Notes: generated by a model not told the origin, from the sequence alone. A stretch of 64,000 nt of DNA from Myxococcota bacterium (GCA_040386535.1 JAZKFH010000003.1:32001-96000); one strand, 5' to 3'. Counted from the stretch's first letter, positions 49,071 to 59,420 are shown. A program made the numbers and translations.

Positions 49071-49822
49071 CAGCGGTCCTTCCAGGTGGGGGTGCGCTTC
49101 TCGAGGAAGGACAGGAACCCCTCGGTCGCGTCCTCCGTGTCCATCACGTCGCCCAGGCGGTCGGCGAGGAGGGCGAGCGCGTCATCGAGGGGGAGATCCG
49201 CGGCGTCGCGCCATGCCCGGCGACCGATCCTTGCGGCGGAGGGGCTGCGGGCCACGATGGCGTCGGTGTAGACGGCCACGGCGGTGTCCAATTCGGCGCG
49301 GGGCACCGCGCGGTTGACCAGGCCGAGGGCCACAGCTTCCGCGGCGGCGAGCTTCCGGCCGGTCAAGGCGAGCTCCATCGCCTGCTTGCGTGGCAGGTCG
49401 CGCAGCAGGAACGCGCCGATCATCGCGGGCCACATCCCGACCGCGGTCTCGGGGAGGGCCAACGTCGCGTCGTCGACCATGACCGCGAGGTCACACGCGA
49501 GGAGCATCCCCACGCCGCCGGCGATGCAATGCCCGTTGAGGCGCGCGATCACGGGGCGCTCGAAGCTCGAGAGGCGCGAGAGGAGGCGTGCGTAGGCCTT
49601 TCCGGCGGCGCGGCGGCCCGCGGGGTCGGCCGCGACCCGGGCGAGGTCGGCCCCGGCGCAGAACACCTTGTCCCCTGCCCCGGTGAGCACGACCACGCGG
49701 GCATTCACGGCGGCGTCGAGCGCGGCGTGCAACGCGTCGATCGTCTCCAGATCGATGGCGTTGCGGACCAACGGACGGTCGATGGTGAGCGTGGTGACAG
49801 GGCCCGACGAGACTTGGATCAT
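49070..49822 (-). CDS. Enoyl-CoA hydratase (methylglutaconyl-CoA hydratase-like)
   Basis: RNAI, FCAGADL, GHCIAGG, LPETAVG, EGFLSFLEKR. Confidence 0.88.
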   Translation of the reverse strand: MIQVSSGPVTTLTIDRPLVRNAIDLETIDALHAALDAAVNARVVVLTGAGDKVFCAGADLARVAADPAGRRAAGKAYARLLSRLSSFERPVIARLNGHCIAGGVGMLLACDLAVMVDDATLALPETAVGMWPAMIGAFLLRDLPRKQAMELALTGRKLAAAEAVALGLVNRAVPRAELDTAVAVYTDAIVARSPSAARIGRRAWRDAADLPLDDALALLADRLGDVMDTEDATEGFLSFLEKRTPTWKDR

Positions 49823-50289
49823 GACGCCACCACCACGATGAGCTCCTCGCCCGGGCGCACCTGCTGGCCGGGCACCACGTTGACAGCCGTGACCAGGCCG
49901 GCGCGCGGCGAACGAAGCGCGGTCTCCATCTTCATCGCGGCCACGGTCACCAGCTTCTGCCCTACCGTGACGGACTCCCCCACGGTCACCAACACCTTCA
50001 CGACGGTCGCCGGCATCAGGGGTGTCACCTTGTCGGGGATCACGGCCGCGGTCGCGACGGCGGCGGCGGGCCGGACACGGCGCACCCGGCCGTCGATCCA
50101 GACCTGGTCCCCCGCGACGAACGCGGTACGGACGGTGTCTCTGGATTGGACCGCCACGCTTCCATCCGATCGAATTGTCGTGGTTTGTTCTTGGGGCAGG
50201 GGGGCTCCGCCCCCCCGCAACGCCCCCCGGGACGTGGTGTCGACCGGGTTGGTGGTGTCGACCAGCTGTGCTCCGACGTACACCTTCAC
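49819..50289 (-). CDS. Biotin carboxyl carrier protein
   Basis: GTG overlapping the upstream stop; PLMPATV, AAMKME biotinylation motif. Confidence 0.85.
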   Translation of the reverse strand: MKVYVGAQLVDTTNPVDTTSRGALRGGGAPLPQEQTTTIRSDGSVAVQSRDTVRTAFVAGDQVWIDGRVRRVRPAAAVATAAVIPDKVTPLMPATVVKVLVTVGESVTVGQKLVTVAAMKMETALRSPRAGLVTAVNVVPGQQVRPGEELIVVVAS

Positions 50290-51755
50290 CGCCACCTCCC
50301 AAGTGTGGCCCACGGCGAGGCCTCCGTGACACGGCCCGCGCCCACTCCCGCCGGTGCCGCCGGTGTGGCGTTCCGCGCGCCCTCCCACGCGGCGGCGTAG
50401 GCCGCGGCGTCCACGTCGGGCGGCACCCACGCGAAGCGGTCGAGAAAGTCGGTCGTCGTGTCCCCCGCGGCGAACATCTCGGACGACACTGCGTCCCGCA
50501 GCAGCTCGGCTGTGGTGTCGACGCCGAGCACGACCAGCTCGGAGAGCGCCCGCACCATCCGCGCGGTGGCCGCAGCGCGGTCGGGCCCGTGCACGATCAC
50601 CTTGGCGAGCAGCGGATCGTAGAAGAGCCCGACCTCGGAGCCCTCCTCCACGCCCGCGTCGACCCGCACGCCGGGCCCGCCCGGGGCCCGCCACCGCGTG
50701 ATGCGGCCGGGCGAGGGAAGGAAACCCCGCGCCGGATCCTCCGCGACGATGCGGCACTCGATCGCGTGCCCGCGCGCTGCGATGTCCGTGTACCCGAGCG
50801 CCTCCCCCATCGTGATGCGGAGCTGCTCGCGCACGATGTCCACGCCCGTCACCAGCTCGGTGATCGGGTGCTCCACCTGGATGCGCGTGTTCATCTCCAG
50901 GAAGTAGAACCGGCCGTCGGGGTCGAGGAGGAATTCCACCGTACCGACGCCCGTGTAGGCGACCGCGCGCGCGGCCTCGACGGCGGCGGCGCACATTCGA
51001 GCGCGGATGTTTCCGGAGGCGTCCGCATCGAGCGCGGGCGACGGCGCCTCCTCCACGAGCTTCTGGTGGCGCCGCTGGATCGAGCACTCCCGCTCGCCCA
51101 GGTGGGCGATGGCGCCGAACGTGTCGCCGAGCACCTGGACTTCGACATGGCGCGGCCGCTCGATGAGCTTCTCCGCGTACACCCGCGCGTCTCCGAACGC
51201 GGTGGCCGCCTCGGACCGCGCCTCCGTGAGCGCCTCCGCCAGCGCATCCGCCGAGTCCACCCGACGCATCCCCTTCCCTCCGCCGCCCCCCGCCGCCTTC
51301 ACGAGCACGGGGAAGCCGAGCCCGGCGATGGTCGCCGGGTCGTCCGACTCGACGCCCGGCACCACGGGGACGCCGGCCGCGCGCATCGCCTGGCGCGCCC
51401 CCACCTTGTCGCCCATCACGCGGATGACCTCGGGCGTGGGGCCCACCCACACCAGGCCCGCGTCGATCACGGCCTGCGCGAACGCCGCGTTCTCCGCGAG
51501 GAACCCGTACCCGGGGTGCACCGCATCGGCGCCGACGGACCGCGCCGCCTCGAGCAAGCGCTCCACCGAGAGGTAGCTCTCCGACGGGGGCGCCGGCCCG
51601 AGCCGCACCGCGGTGTCACACGCGCGGACGTGCGGCGCGTCGGCGTCCGCGTCGGAGTACACGGCCACCGTGGCGATCCCCATCTCGCGGGCGGTGCGGG
51701 CCACGCGGACCGCGATCTCGCCGCGGTTGGCGATGAGGAGGCGCTGGATCGGCAT
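50286..51755 (-). CDS. Biotin carboxylase subunit (acyl-CoA carboxylase alpha)
   Basis: LIANRGEIA, HPGYGFLAEN, GGGGKGMR, RECSIQRRHQK, EMNTRIQVEH. Confidence 0.95.
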   Translation of the reverse strand: MPIQRLLIANRGEIAVRVARTAREMGIATVAVYSDADADAPHVRACDTAVRLGPAPPSESYLSVERLLEAARSVGADAVHPGYGFLAENAAFAQAVIDAGLVWVGPTPEVIRVMGDKVGARQAMRAAGVPVVPGVESDDPATIAGLGFPVLVKAAGGGGGKGMRRVDSADALAEALTEARSEAATAFGDARVYAEKLIERPRHVEVQVLGDTFGAIAHLGERECSIQRRHQKLVEEAPSPALDADASGNIRARMCAAAVEAARAVAYTGVGTVEFLLDPDGRFYFLEMNTRIQVEHPITELVTGVDIVREQLRITMGEALGYTDIAARGHAIECRIVAEDPARGFLPSPGRITRWRAPGGPGVRVDAGVEEGSEVGLFYDPLLAKVIVHGPDRAAATARMVRALSELVVLGVDTTAELLRDAVSSEMFAAGDTTTDFLDRFAWVPPDVDAAAYAAAWEGARNATPAAPAGVGAGRVTEASPWATLGRWR

Positions 51756-51819
51756 CGGGCCAAGATAACCGCGAGGTCGGGCCGGCACGGGGGTATCGTG
51801 GCGCTTCGCGAAGGTCGTG

Positions 51820-52287
51820 ATGTTGTTGCTCTCCGCCCTCCTCTCCCTCCTGGCCTGCACCGGGGCGCCCACGGACGACACCGGGGTCCCCGCCGACACC
51901 TCCACCGACGACACCGACATCCCGGACGACACCGACTCGCCCGCGGACGAGGCCGCGTGCGCCGCGGCCATCCTCTCCCCGGTCGACGCCGCCACCGTCA
52001 CCGTCGACTGGAGCGCCCACGCGCCTGTCGACCGGGTCGACGCCATGGTGCTGATCGGGGCCGCGTCGGAGCTCCAGGTGCGCGCCTGCGCGGGCGACCT
52101 GAACCAGGGCGACGTCCAGGCGCTCTGGACCTACGACGACGCCCGTGACGACGTCGAGGGCACGGGCCAGCTCGAGCTCGCCCCCTACCCCGGCTCGGCG
52201 CTGGCGATCTTCCTCGTCGGCACCACCCGGGTCGCGTGGTTCGTGGACATCCAGACCGGTGGCGCCGGCGCGATCGTGCTGCCGTAG
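51820..52287 (+). CDS. Hypothetical lipoprotein
   Basis: Lipobox LLAC, Asp/Thr-rich linker. Confidence 0.65.
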   Translation: MLLLSALLSLLACTGAPTDDTGVPADTSTDDTDIPDDTDSPADEAACAAAILSPVDAATVTVDWSAHAPVDRVDAMVLIGAASELQVRACAGDLNQGDVQALWTYDDARDDVEGTGQLELAPYPGSALAIFLVGTTRVAWFVDIQTGGAGAIVLP

Positions 52288-52312
52288 CGCGATCCATTCG
52301 CTACGATACCGA

Positions 52313-52894
52313 ATGCTGTTCCTGCTCCTCGCCGCCTGCACCGCCTCCGACAAGCCCGACGACACCGCCTCCCTTGGGGAAACGGACACCGACAGGCCCG
52401 CCCCCGGCGACTTCACCCTCTCCCTTCCCGCGGCCACCTCCTCCGCGGGCGATCCCCGCGCGGACGAGTGCGCCTGGGCGCTCGATGTCACGTTCGAATG
52501 CCAGAACCCGAGCCCCGAGGTGCGTTGGGAGAACCCGCCCGAAGGCACCGTGGCCTTCGCGCTCGTGTTCGACGATCCCGACGCCGGCGAGTTCGACCAC
52601 TGGGCGGTCGTCAACATCCCCGCCGACGCCACGAGCCTCGCCGCGGGCGCGTCCGGCAGCGGCATCACCGCCGACCTCCCCGGCGACGCCTACCAACTCC
52701 AGAACGGCTCCGGCTTCGACGGCTACCTCGGCTCCTGTCCCCCCGAGTCCCACGTGTACCGCTGGCGGCTCTGGGCGCTCTCCGAATTGCTCCCCACCGA
52801 TCTGGACCGCTTCTCCCAGGTCGAGAACCAGGCGGCGGATGTGGCGTTGGGAGAGGCGGCGACGTGTCACATCTATGGGCCGCGGAGCGAGTAG
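52313..52894 (+). CDS. YbhB/YbcL (PEBP) family lipoprotein
   Basis: LAAC; NPSPEVRW, DDPDA, FDHWAVVNIP, GYLGSCPP, HVYRW. Confidence 0.88.
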   Translation: MLFLLLAACTASDKPDDTASLGETDTDRPAPGDFTLSLPAATSSAGDPRADECAWALDVTFECQNPSPEVRWENPPEGTVAFALVFDDPDAGEFDHWAVVNIPADATSLAAGASGSGITADLPGDAYQLQNGSGFDGYLGSCPPESHVYRWRLWALSELLPTDLDRFSQVENQAADVALGEAATCHIYGPRSE

Positions 52895-52923
52895 GGCGGG
52901 GCGCGACCGGCTTTGCCAGCCGC

Positions 52924-53106
52924 TGGCAACAACTCGACCCCTCGCCATCGAGACCCGGCGTTGTTGCCACGGTTCGCACGCCACGCCGCGCGCCACAACG
53001 GACGAACGCCAATAGTTTCGCGTCGCAAGCAAGCATCGTTCGCACAACGGCACGAATTGCGGCAAGAACTCGATGGCTCGCCATCGAGCCCCCGAGTTGT
53101 TGCCGC
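52924..53106. repeat. Two imperfect ~47-bp direct repeats, each a hairpin (REP-like)
   Basis: GGCAACAACTCGA..CGCCATCGAG..GTTGTTGCC (52924-52969) and GGCAAGAACTCGA..CGCCATCGAG..GTTGTTGCC (53059-53106). Confidence 0.7.
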
Positions 53107-53201
53107 CGTGCCATCGGCGCCTCGGGCGTAGCGAGGCAGTCGTCGCCGACGCAGGCTGTTGGTCAAAACTCTGCTATACAGTCTCGAGGAACAGAACATC
53201 C

Positions 53202-53807
53202 ATGCTGATCATCTCCCTCCTGGGCTGCCTCGAAGGCGACAAGCCGCTCGAAACGCCACACGCCCCGTTCGATCTCGGGGCGCTGGATGCCGGCGCCGGG
53301 GACGGGAGGACCGTAGAGGAGTTCGTCTCGGACGAACTCACCGTCGATCTCTCGCTGGACTGGTCGTTCCTCAACCTGGCCGACTTCGCCGCTGACACCG
53401 TGAGCCTGGTCGCGGGCGAGGTACCCGTTGATACCTCCTGTGTGATCAATGACGAAGGCGCAGCCGAGTCCTGCACGTTCTGGATGGACGTGTCGGTGAG
53501 CTCCACGTCCGGCCTGTGGGGCTCGGAGCGACGCGATTTCATCACGTGGGCCCCGAACCGGGTCGCCTTCTGCTTTGGTGGCACCGTCGTGCTGACCGAG
53601 GCCCAGGTGGACGCGATCGCCGCCAGGCTGGAAGACGACGGCATCGCCTTCGATGGTCGTTTGGACAACACTGTGTGCCGTGGGATGGACGGCTCCGGAT
53701 ACGGCCTCCCCGATTCGGACAGCCAGGCGAACGTGTTCCTGGTCGAGGCCGGTGATTCCATCACCGGGGTGACGACGCCCGTCGCGGCCGACGACACGGT
53801 GGACTGA
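53202..53807 (+). CDS. Hypothetical acidic lipoprotein
   Basis: RBS GAGGA; MLIISLLGC. Confidence 0.6.
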   Translation: MLIISLLGCLEGDKPLETPHAPFDLGALDAGAGDGRTVEEFVSDELTVDLSLDWSFLNLADFAADTVSLVAGEVPVDTSCVINDEGAAESCTFWMDVSVSSTSGLWGSERRDFITWAPNRVAFCFGGTVVLTEAQVDAIAARLEDDGIAFDGRLDNTVCRGMDGSGYGLPDSDSQANVFLVEAGDSITGVTTPVAADDTVD

Positions 53808-54530
53808 CTAAACGGAGGGGGCCGCCTGCGGATGGAGCGGACCCAACACGAGGAATAGCGCGCCGAAGCGGAGATCCACCAGTGAGTGGATGGCCATGGC
53901 AGGAAGAAGCGAGCCTGTGCGCACCGTGACAAGGTAGAGGAGGCCACCGAACAGCCCGGTGAGGATCACGCCACGCCAGCCCTGGTAGATGTGCATCGCG
54001 CCGAAGATGGCCGCAGAGGCAGCCAGCGGAGCCCAGGTCGCGCCGCCCATCGCGGCAGCGATGTCGCCCGCCCACGCCGGCACCAGGCCGCGGAAGACGA
54101 ACTCTTCGCAAACCCCGGCGGTCACGGCGGCGGGCACGAACCATACAGCGGCGGTTCGTGAGCGCGGAAACAATGCATGCGCCAGCCCGATCCCGGCGAG
54201 CTGCCACCTGAAAAACCGGCGGATGGAGGAGAAGACCGCCGCCAGGCCTACCGAGCCACCGAGCGCGATTGCAAACATGGCGACCAACCGGGCCGCGTCG
54301 TAACCGCGCGGCGGCCCCAATCCGAGCGGCTGGCCGCCCATCCACATCAGCACGGCGGCGACCGCGGCCGTGACCCACCACCGTGTAATGAACCGCCTGT
54401 AGAACGTGACCTGCGCCTCGGGTTCGCTGTGCATCGCAAGGACACGCAACTGACGGTAGCCGGGCCCCGCCGAGCGAACAATCAGCCAGACCACCAGAAG
54501 CGATTCAAGAGCGAGAGAAGCCACGGCCAT
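53808..54530 (-). CDS. CPBP (CAAX/Abi) family intramembrane metalloprotease
   Basis: EEFVFRG, FGAMHIYQG, AIHSLVD. Confidence 0.88.
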   Translation of the reverse strand: MAVASLALESLLVVWLIVRSAGPGYRQLRVLAMHSEPEAQVTFYRRFITRWWVTAAVAAVLMWMGGQPLGLGPPRGYDAARLVAMFAIALGGSVGLAAVFSSIRRFFRWQLAGIGLAHALFPRSRTAAVWFVPAAVTAGVCEEFVFRGLVPAWAGDIAAAMGGATWAPLAASAAIFGAMHIYQGWRGVILTGLFGGLLYLVTVRTGSLLPAMAIHSLVDLRFGALFLVLGPLHPQAAPSV

Positions 54531-54589
54531 GGGGTGACGTAACGCGGACCCCCCGCCGGCCCGCCGTGAGTCGGGTTAGGATTCGGTCC

Positions 54590-55309
54590 ATGCGTCCAGT
54601 GGTCCTCGACCTCGATCAGACTCTCATCCGCGGCGAGGATGTCGACTGGACCTTGTGGCTCGCGGCCTGCGAAGGGGCGCTCGGGGTTCCTGTCGCACGA
54701 ACGCTGGATTGGGCGAGCTTCCCCGTTCACACGGATCACGGGCTGTTGGCGTCGTTGTCGCTTCGTCTTCGAGGCAAGCCGCTCGAACCAGGAGAGCGTG
54801 AGGCCTTCGAGCAGTTGGTCGATCAGCTCCTCGTGCGGGCGCTGGAGGACGAACCAAACCTGTTCACCCCCGTGGCTGGCGCCGCCGACTTCCTCGCCAC
54901 CACCCGGGAACGGGCGTGTATCGCGACGGGAAACCTGCGCGCCTCGACGCGGCTGAAGTTGCGCTCGGCAGGCCTCGACCGGTACGGTGTGCCCGCCGCC
55001 TGTTCGGAAGATGCCGACACTCGAAGCGGCCTCGTGGCGCACGCCCTCCGCAAGGTCGGGTGGGAGCCCGGAGCTCCGGCCACTTCGTTTGGTGACGCTG
55101 TCTGGGACGTGCAAGCGGCTCGGCTTCTTGGGATCGGCTTTGTCGGAGTGGCGCAGAGCGACGCCCACGAGGTGAAGCTTCGTACCGCAGGCGCTCGGCA
55201 CGTGATTCGTGACTTCACCAACCAGGCGACGGTCATCGCACTGGCGTTGTCTGCCGATCCGCCCCGCGAAGCGGACGCATCCAATCCAGGCAGCGCGCAC
55301 GGAGGATGA
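54590..55309 (+). CDS. HAD-family hydrolase
   Basis: DLDQTL, ATGN, GDAVWD. Confidence 0.85.
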   Translation: MRPVVLDLDQTLIRGEDVDWTLWLAACEGALGVPVARTLDWASFPVHTDHGLLASLSLRLRGKPLEPGEREAFEQLVDQLLVRALEDEPNLFTPVAGAADFLATTRERACIATGNLRASTRLKLRSAGLDRYGVPAACSEDADTRSGLVAHALRKVGWEPGAPATSFGDAVWDVQAARLLGIGFVGVAQSDAHEVKLRTAGARHVIRDFTNQATVIALALSADPPREADASNPGSAHGG

Positions 55310-55384
55310 CGGGGCGTCATCGTTCGCGCCGGGCGCAGAGCGACCGACCCAACAAAACCGCTTCCCCCGGGGCCCGCGCCGCCC

Positions 55385-56029
55385 CTACTCCGCCGTCAGC
55401 TGACCGCGCGCAACCGAGGCATTGCCTTGACCGTCCTGCGCCACGGCGCCCACATTGACGAAAAGCGCGTCGAGGCGCCCCTCGAAGCTGAGGTAGAATT
55501 CGCCCGCGGTCGTGCCCTGGTCGGCAAACGCAGCGTCCCCGGCCTCGGTGGCGTCGGCGGGAACCGGAGACAGCTCCAGGCTTTCGGACAGCCAGTCGAA
55601 GTCCATGGCGTTGTCGGAGAGCGCCGAGGCGGTGAGCGTGGTCGTTCCGCTCGCGACGAACGTGCCGTCGGAATCCGTGAGTCTCACCTCCACGGGGATC
55701 GCCAGCCACTCTCCGATGTGCGCACAGCCTCCCTCTCCCTCTGTCAGCTCCACCGCGCGCACGGGGTCGGACCCGAGGCTGACGGTCATGCTGAGGGACG
55801 CGACGGTCAACGCGGTGTGCCCCTCCGGTTTGTCCGAGACCCACGCCACGCCCCAGGTGCGTCCGTTCACCGCGGCGACAGCTTCGCTGGCGGTGAAGCC
55901 GTACGGCGCGGCATCGTCGGCCACGTCGGTGTCCGAGAGGACGTCGCAACGAGTGAGCATCTCGGCCTCCTGGCCCGACGGACCACAAGCTGGGAGAAGC
56001 AGGACAAACAGGAAGTGGCGGCAGCGCAT
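55385..56029 (-). CDS. Hypothetical lipoprotein
   Basis: MRCRHFLFVLLLPAC signal; acidic mature part. Confidence 0.6.
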   Translation of the reverse strand: MRCRHFLFVLLLPACGPSGQEAEMLTRCDVLSDTDVADDAAPYGFTASEAVAAVNGRTWGVAWVSDKPEGHTALTVASLSMTVSLGSDPVRAVELTEGEGGCAHIGEWLAIPVEVRLTDSDGTFVASGTTTLTASALSDNAMDFDWLSESLELSPVPADATEAGDAAFADQGTTAGEFYLSFEGRLDALFVNVGAVAQDGQGNASVARGQLTAE

Positions 56030-56185
56030 CGAACGGTCCAGGTGCGTGTACATCATCGCCCCGATCGGTTCCACCTGCCAGTCCGGACACGCACATTCGC
56101 AATCCCACATCCGCGCGACGGCCGGCCGTGTGGACGCACGCGGCGAGCGTTGTTCGTCCGTGCGAGTCATGGTAGTCATCCGCCC

Positions 56186-56740
56186 ATGAGAACGTCCGGA
56201 CATGCCAGCGTGACCCTGGTCAGAGGGTATGTCCCGGGCGTGGACCGCTTGGATCCGCGGGCACAGCGCGCAGGGTTGGTCGGGAGAGTTGCAGTGGTTC
56301 TCCGCACCTATGATCCCCAGATCGGCGAGATGGTGTTTCGCATCCACGCATGTGTAGCGATTTTGGATGCTGCTTCCGTGTCGCTCCAAGCCGATCGCAT
56401 CGAGATTGGAGAGGCGCCGGAGACTGGAATGGAGCTCGGTGCCTGGTACGCGGAGGCCCGCGCGACGGAGGACCCCGACCCCTTTGCCTACGGGATCGTG
56501 CGTGGACCCGGTGGTGTGGCGGGAATGTTCGTGTATGAACCTTACGATGCGGTGGGAGGGCCGGACCCCTACCATGATGCGGTCGTGTACGCGATCTTCG
56601 TCCGGCCCGACGCGGTGAATCGGGTCTTTGCCGCGTGTGTCGACGCCGCGGGAGCGCTCGGAGAGGGTGATCCCGTCGTGGTGGAGGGAAGCGTCGACCC
56701 ACCGTCCTGGTTTCAGCGACTACGAATGCTGTTCGGCTGA
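56186..56740 (+). CDS. Hypothetical protein
   Basis: Protein-like composition ending PSWFQRLRMLFG; start uncertain. Confidence 0.5.
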   Translation: MRTSGHASVTLVRGYVPGVDRLDPRAQRAGLVGRVAVVLRTYDPQIGEMVFRIHACVAILDAASVSLQADRIEIGEAPETGMELGAWYAEARATEDPDPFAYGIVRGPGGVAGMFVYEPYDAVGGPDPYHDAVVYAIFVRPDAVNRVFAACVDAAGALGEGDPVVVEGSVDPPSWFQRLRMLFG

Positions 56741-56899
56741 ATTAGAGGCGGCTCGCGATCCCCCGCGCGAGGGATCCGGAGGGCCGCCGCCCCGGCGGGT
56801 CTGGGCGGGCCCCGGGACCGCCCGGACCGAGCGGCTCCGCCGCGAGTCCGTAGGAGCCCGACCCCCGCGTCCTCGCGGGGGTCGCGCCCAGCCCCCCAC

Positions 56900-58513
56900 T
56901 CACATCCGAAACGTGCCATACCCCACGGGATTCTTCCACGGTGTATTGCGCGTGGCCGCGAGGGAGAGCCCGATCACGTCGCGGGTCTTGGTGGGGTCGA
57001 TGACGCCGTCGTCCCAGAGGTTGGCGGTGGAATACCACGCGTCCCCCTCGCGCTTGGCGTTGTCCTCCATCGGGCCGCGGATCATCTCGGCCTCCTCGGG
57101 GGTGATGAGGGGCTGGCCCTCGCGCGCGCGTTGGGCGTTCTGGACGCTCACGAGCACGGACGCCGCCTGGGCGCCGCCCATGACGCCGATTTGCGCGCCC
57201 GGCCACATCCACAAGAAACGGGGCGAATAGGCGCGGCCACACATGGCGTAGTTGCCGGCGCCGAAGCTGCCGCCCACGACCACGGTGATCTTGGGCACGG
57301 AACAGGTGGAGACGGCGTTGACCATCTGGTGGCCGTGCTTGGTGATGCCGCCGCGCTCGTAGTCTCGGCCGATGATGAAGCCGGCGATGTTCTGGAGGAA
57401 CAGCAGCGGGATGCCACGCTTGTCACACAGCTGGATGAATTGGGTGGCCTTGAGCGCGCACTCGGAGAACAACACGCCGTTGTTGGCGAGGATGCCGACC
57501 TGGTAGCCGTGCACGTACGCCCACCCACACACGAGCGTGGGGCCGTACCGATCCTTGAACGGCTCGAACTCGCTCCCGTCGGTGACACGGGCGATGAGCT
57601 CGCGGATGTCCCAGGGGGTGGAGAGGTCGGGCGGGACGATGCCGAGCAATTCGGCGGGGTCGTAGAGCGGGGGGCGCGGCGCGCGCGTGGACACCAGGCT
57701 CCGATCGGGCGGAGGCAGGCGGGCGACGATGGCGCGGAGGTGGGAGATGGCGTCGGCGTCGTCCTTCGCCCAGTGGTCGCTGACACCGGAGACAGCGCAG
57801 TGGACGTCGGCCCCGCCGAGATCTTCGGCGGTCACGTCCTCACCCGTGGCGGCCTTGACCAGCGGGGGGCCGCCAAGGAAGATGGCGCCGGTGCCGGCCA
57901 CGTGCACGACCTCGTCGCTCATGGCGGGGATGTAGGCCGCGCCCGCGGTACACAGGCCCATCACCGCGGTGAGCTGGGGGATCCCCAGCTTGGACATCAC
58001 CGCCTGGTTGTAGAAGATGCGGCCGCCATCGTCGAGATCGGGGAACACCTCGCTCTGGAGCGGCAGGAACGCGCCGCCCGAGTCGATGAGCGACACGAAC
58101 GGGAGGTGGTTCTCCAATGCGATGGCTTGGAGCCGCAAGGCCTTCTTGACACCCAACGGATAGATCGTGCCACCCTTGACCATCGCGTCATTCGCGTTGA
58201 TGACACACTCGCGCCCGTTGATGACACCGATGCCGGCGAGGCTCCCGGCTTTGTGTACCCCCCCGTCGTACATGCCACGCGCCGCGAGCGCGCCGATCTC
58301 GAGGAAGGGCGTGTCGGGGTCGAGCAGCTTGTCGAGCCGCTCGACGACGGTGAGCTTGCCCTGCTCGCGGTGGCGGGCGAGCGCCTTCGCAGAGCGGTCG
58401 TCCCGCGCGGCGCGGAGCTCCTCGGCGAGGCGCTTCAGCAGCGCCTCCTGGTGGGCGCGGTTGGCGGCGAACTCGGGCGACGCGGGGTCGGCCTCGGTGG
58501 GGAGAACCTGCAT
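56900..58513 (-). CDS. Carboxyltransferase subunit (methylcrotonyl-CoA carboxylase beta-like)
   Basis: [54 protein letters not shown]. Confidence 0.93.
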   Translation of the reverse strand: MQVLPTEADPASPEFAANRAHQEALLKRLAEELRAARDDRSAKALARHREQGKLTVVERLDKLLDPDTPFLEIGALAARGMYDGGVHKAGSLAGIGVINGRECVINANDAMVKGGTIYPLGVKKALRLQAIALENHLPFVSLIDSGGAFLPLQSEVFPDLDDGGRIFYNQAVMSKLGIPQLTAVMGLCTAGAAYIPAMSDEVVHVAGTGAIFLGGPPLVKAATGEDVTAEDLGGADVHCAVSGVSDHWAKDDADAISHLRAIVARLPPPDRSLVSTRAPRPPLYDPAELLGIVPPDLSTPWDIRELIARVTDGSEFEPFKDRYGPTLVCGWAYVHGYQVGILANNGVLFSECALKATQFIQLCDKRGIPLLFLQNIAGFIIGRDYERGGITKHGHQMVNAVSTCSVPKITVVVGGSFGAGNYAMCGRAYSPRFLWMWPGAQIGVMGGAQAASVLVSVQNAQRAREGQPLITPEEAEMIRGPMEDNAKREGDAWYSTANLWDDGVIDPTKTRDVIGLSLAATRNTPWKNPVGYGTFRM

Positions 58514-58574
58514 TCGACGGATCTAACTCGCCGCGACCTCTACGCCCGACGGCGCCGCGCAGCACCCACGGGCG

Positions 58575-58961
58575 CTACCAGCGGAGGGAGAGGGGCCGGG
58601 TCAGCTGCGAGGATGGCACGAACGGAACGGCGAAGCGGGCGATCTCTCCGACCGAGGTGCAGAGGAGGCGCGTCGGCACGGAGAACGGGTCACCCGTCAA
58701 GCGGTGGATGCCGCGCACGAGCACGGCGTCTCCCAGGCGGAGCGGGCTGCCACGCTCGCCTCCCGAGATCGACACCATCCAGGCGGCGCCCGGCGAGGGG
58801 GCCGAGGCGCACGCGACGGTCCCCTCCCCGCCGCGGATGTAGGCGAGCGGCTCGTCCGCCACGTCGTCCGGAAGGACGATCACGTTGGACAGCTCTACGA
58901 AGCAGGCCACATCCCCCGGTAAACGCATCAGCTCCAGTACCCCCGCCCGCAATGTAGGCAC
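58575..58961 (-). CDS. Hypothetical protein
   Basis: ORF fills the gap between genes; no motif recognised. Confidence 0.35.
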   Translation of the reverse strand: MPTLRAGVLELMRLPGDVACFVELSNVIVLPDDVADEPLAYIRGGEGTVACASAPSPGAAWMVSISGGERGSPLRLGDAVLVRGIHRLTGDPFSVPTRLLCTSVGEIARFAVPFVPSSQLTRPLSLRW

Positions 58962-59053
58962 CTGGGACGGATCTCGCGATTGCAGTTCATTGCAGCTCGT
59001 TGCAACGAAGCCCCGGACGGCACGATCGAGGCTGACCCGGTTAGCCCAGCGGC

Positions 59054-59413
59054 ATGCTCCTCCTGCTCACCGCCCTTGCGTGCGATCCCGGCAACCAAGC
59101 CACCAACGTGTGTCGCGATCGTCGTGAGGCGCTGGACTCGCTCTACACGCAATACGGTGGCAGCGCTGTCGCCGAGGGGGCCAAGGAGGGCGTGCTGGGC
59201 GAGGCCGTCACCGGCATCGACCGCGCCCAGTTCGAGAAGAAGTGTGTCGAGCTCGGCCGCGGCGGGCACCCGACCTTGGCGGCGAAGAAGGCCAAGGTGT
59301 TCTTCGCCGAGCCGACCACCCTCGCGGCGTGCCAGCGCGTGGTCGACCTCGAGGACAAGCTCAGGGCGCTCAACCGCGAGCTCCCGGCCGACGCCCAGGT
59401 CACCTGCCCGTAG
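59054..59413 (+). CDS. Small Cys-containing lipoprotein
   Basis: MLLLLTALAC; four further Cys. Confidence 0.65.
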   Translation: MLLLLTALACDPGNQATNVCRDRREALDSLYTQYGGSAVAEGAKEGVLGEAVTGIDRAQFEKKCVELGRGGHPTLAAKKAKVFFAEPTTLAACQRVVDLEDKLRALNRELPADAQVTCP

Positions 59414-59420
59414 GGGCAGC

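Noticed and set aside
52924..56740. Integron cassette array with attC sites
   Set aside because: The hairpins lack RYYYAAC/GTTRRRY ends, the genes alternate in orientation and there is no integrase.
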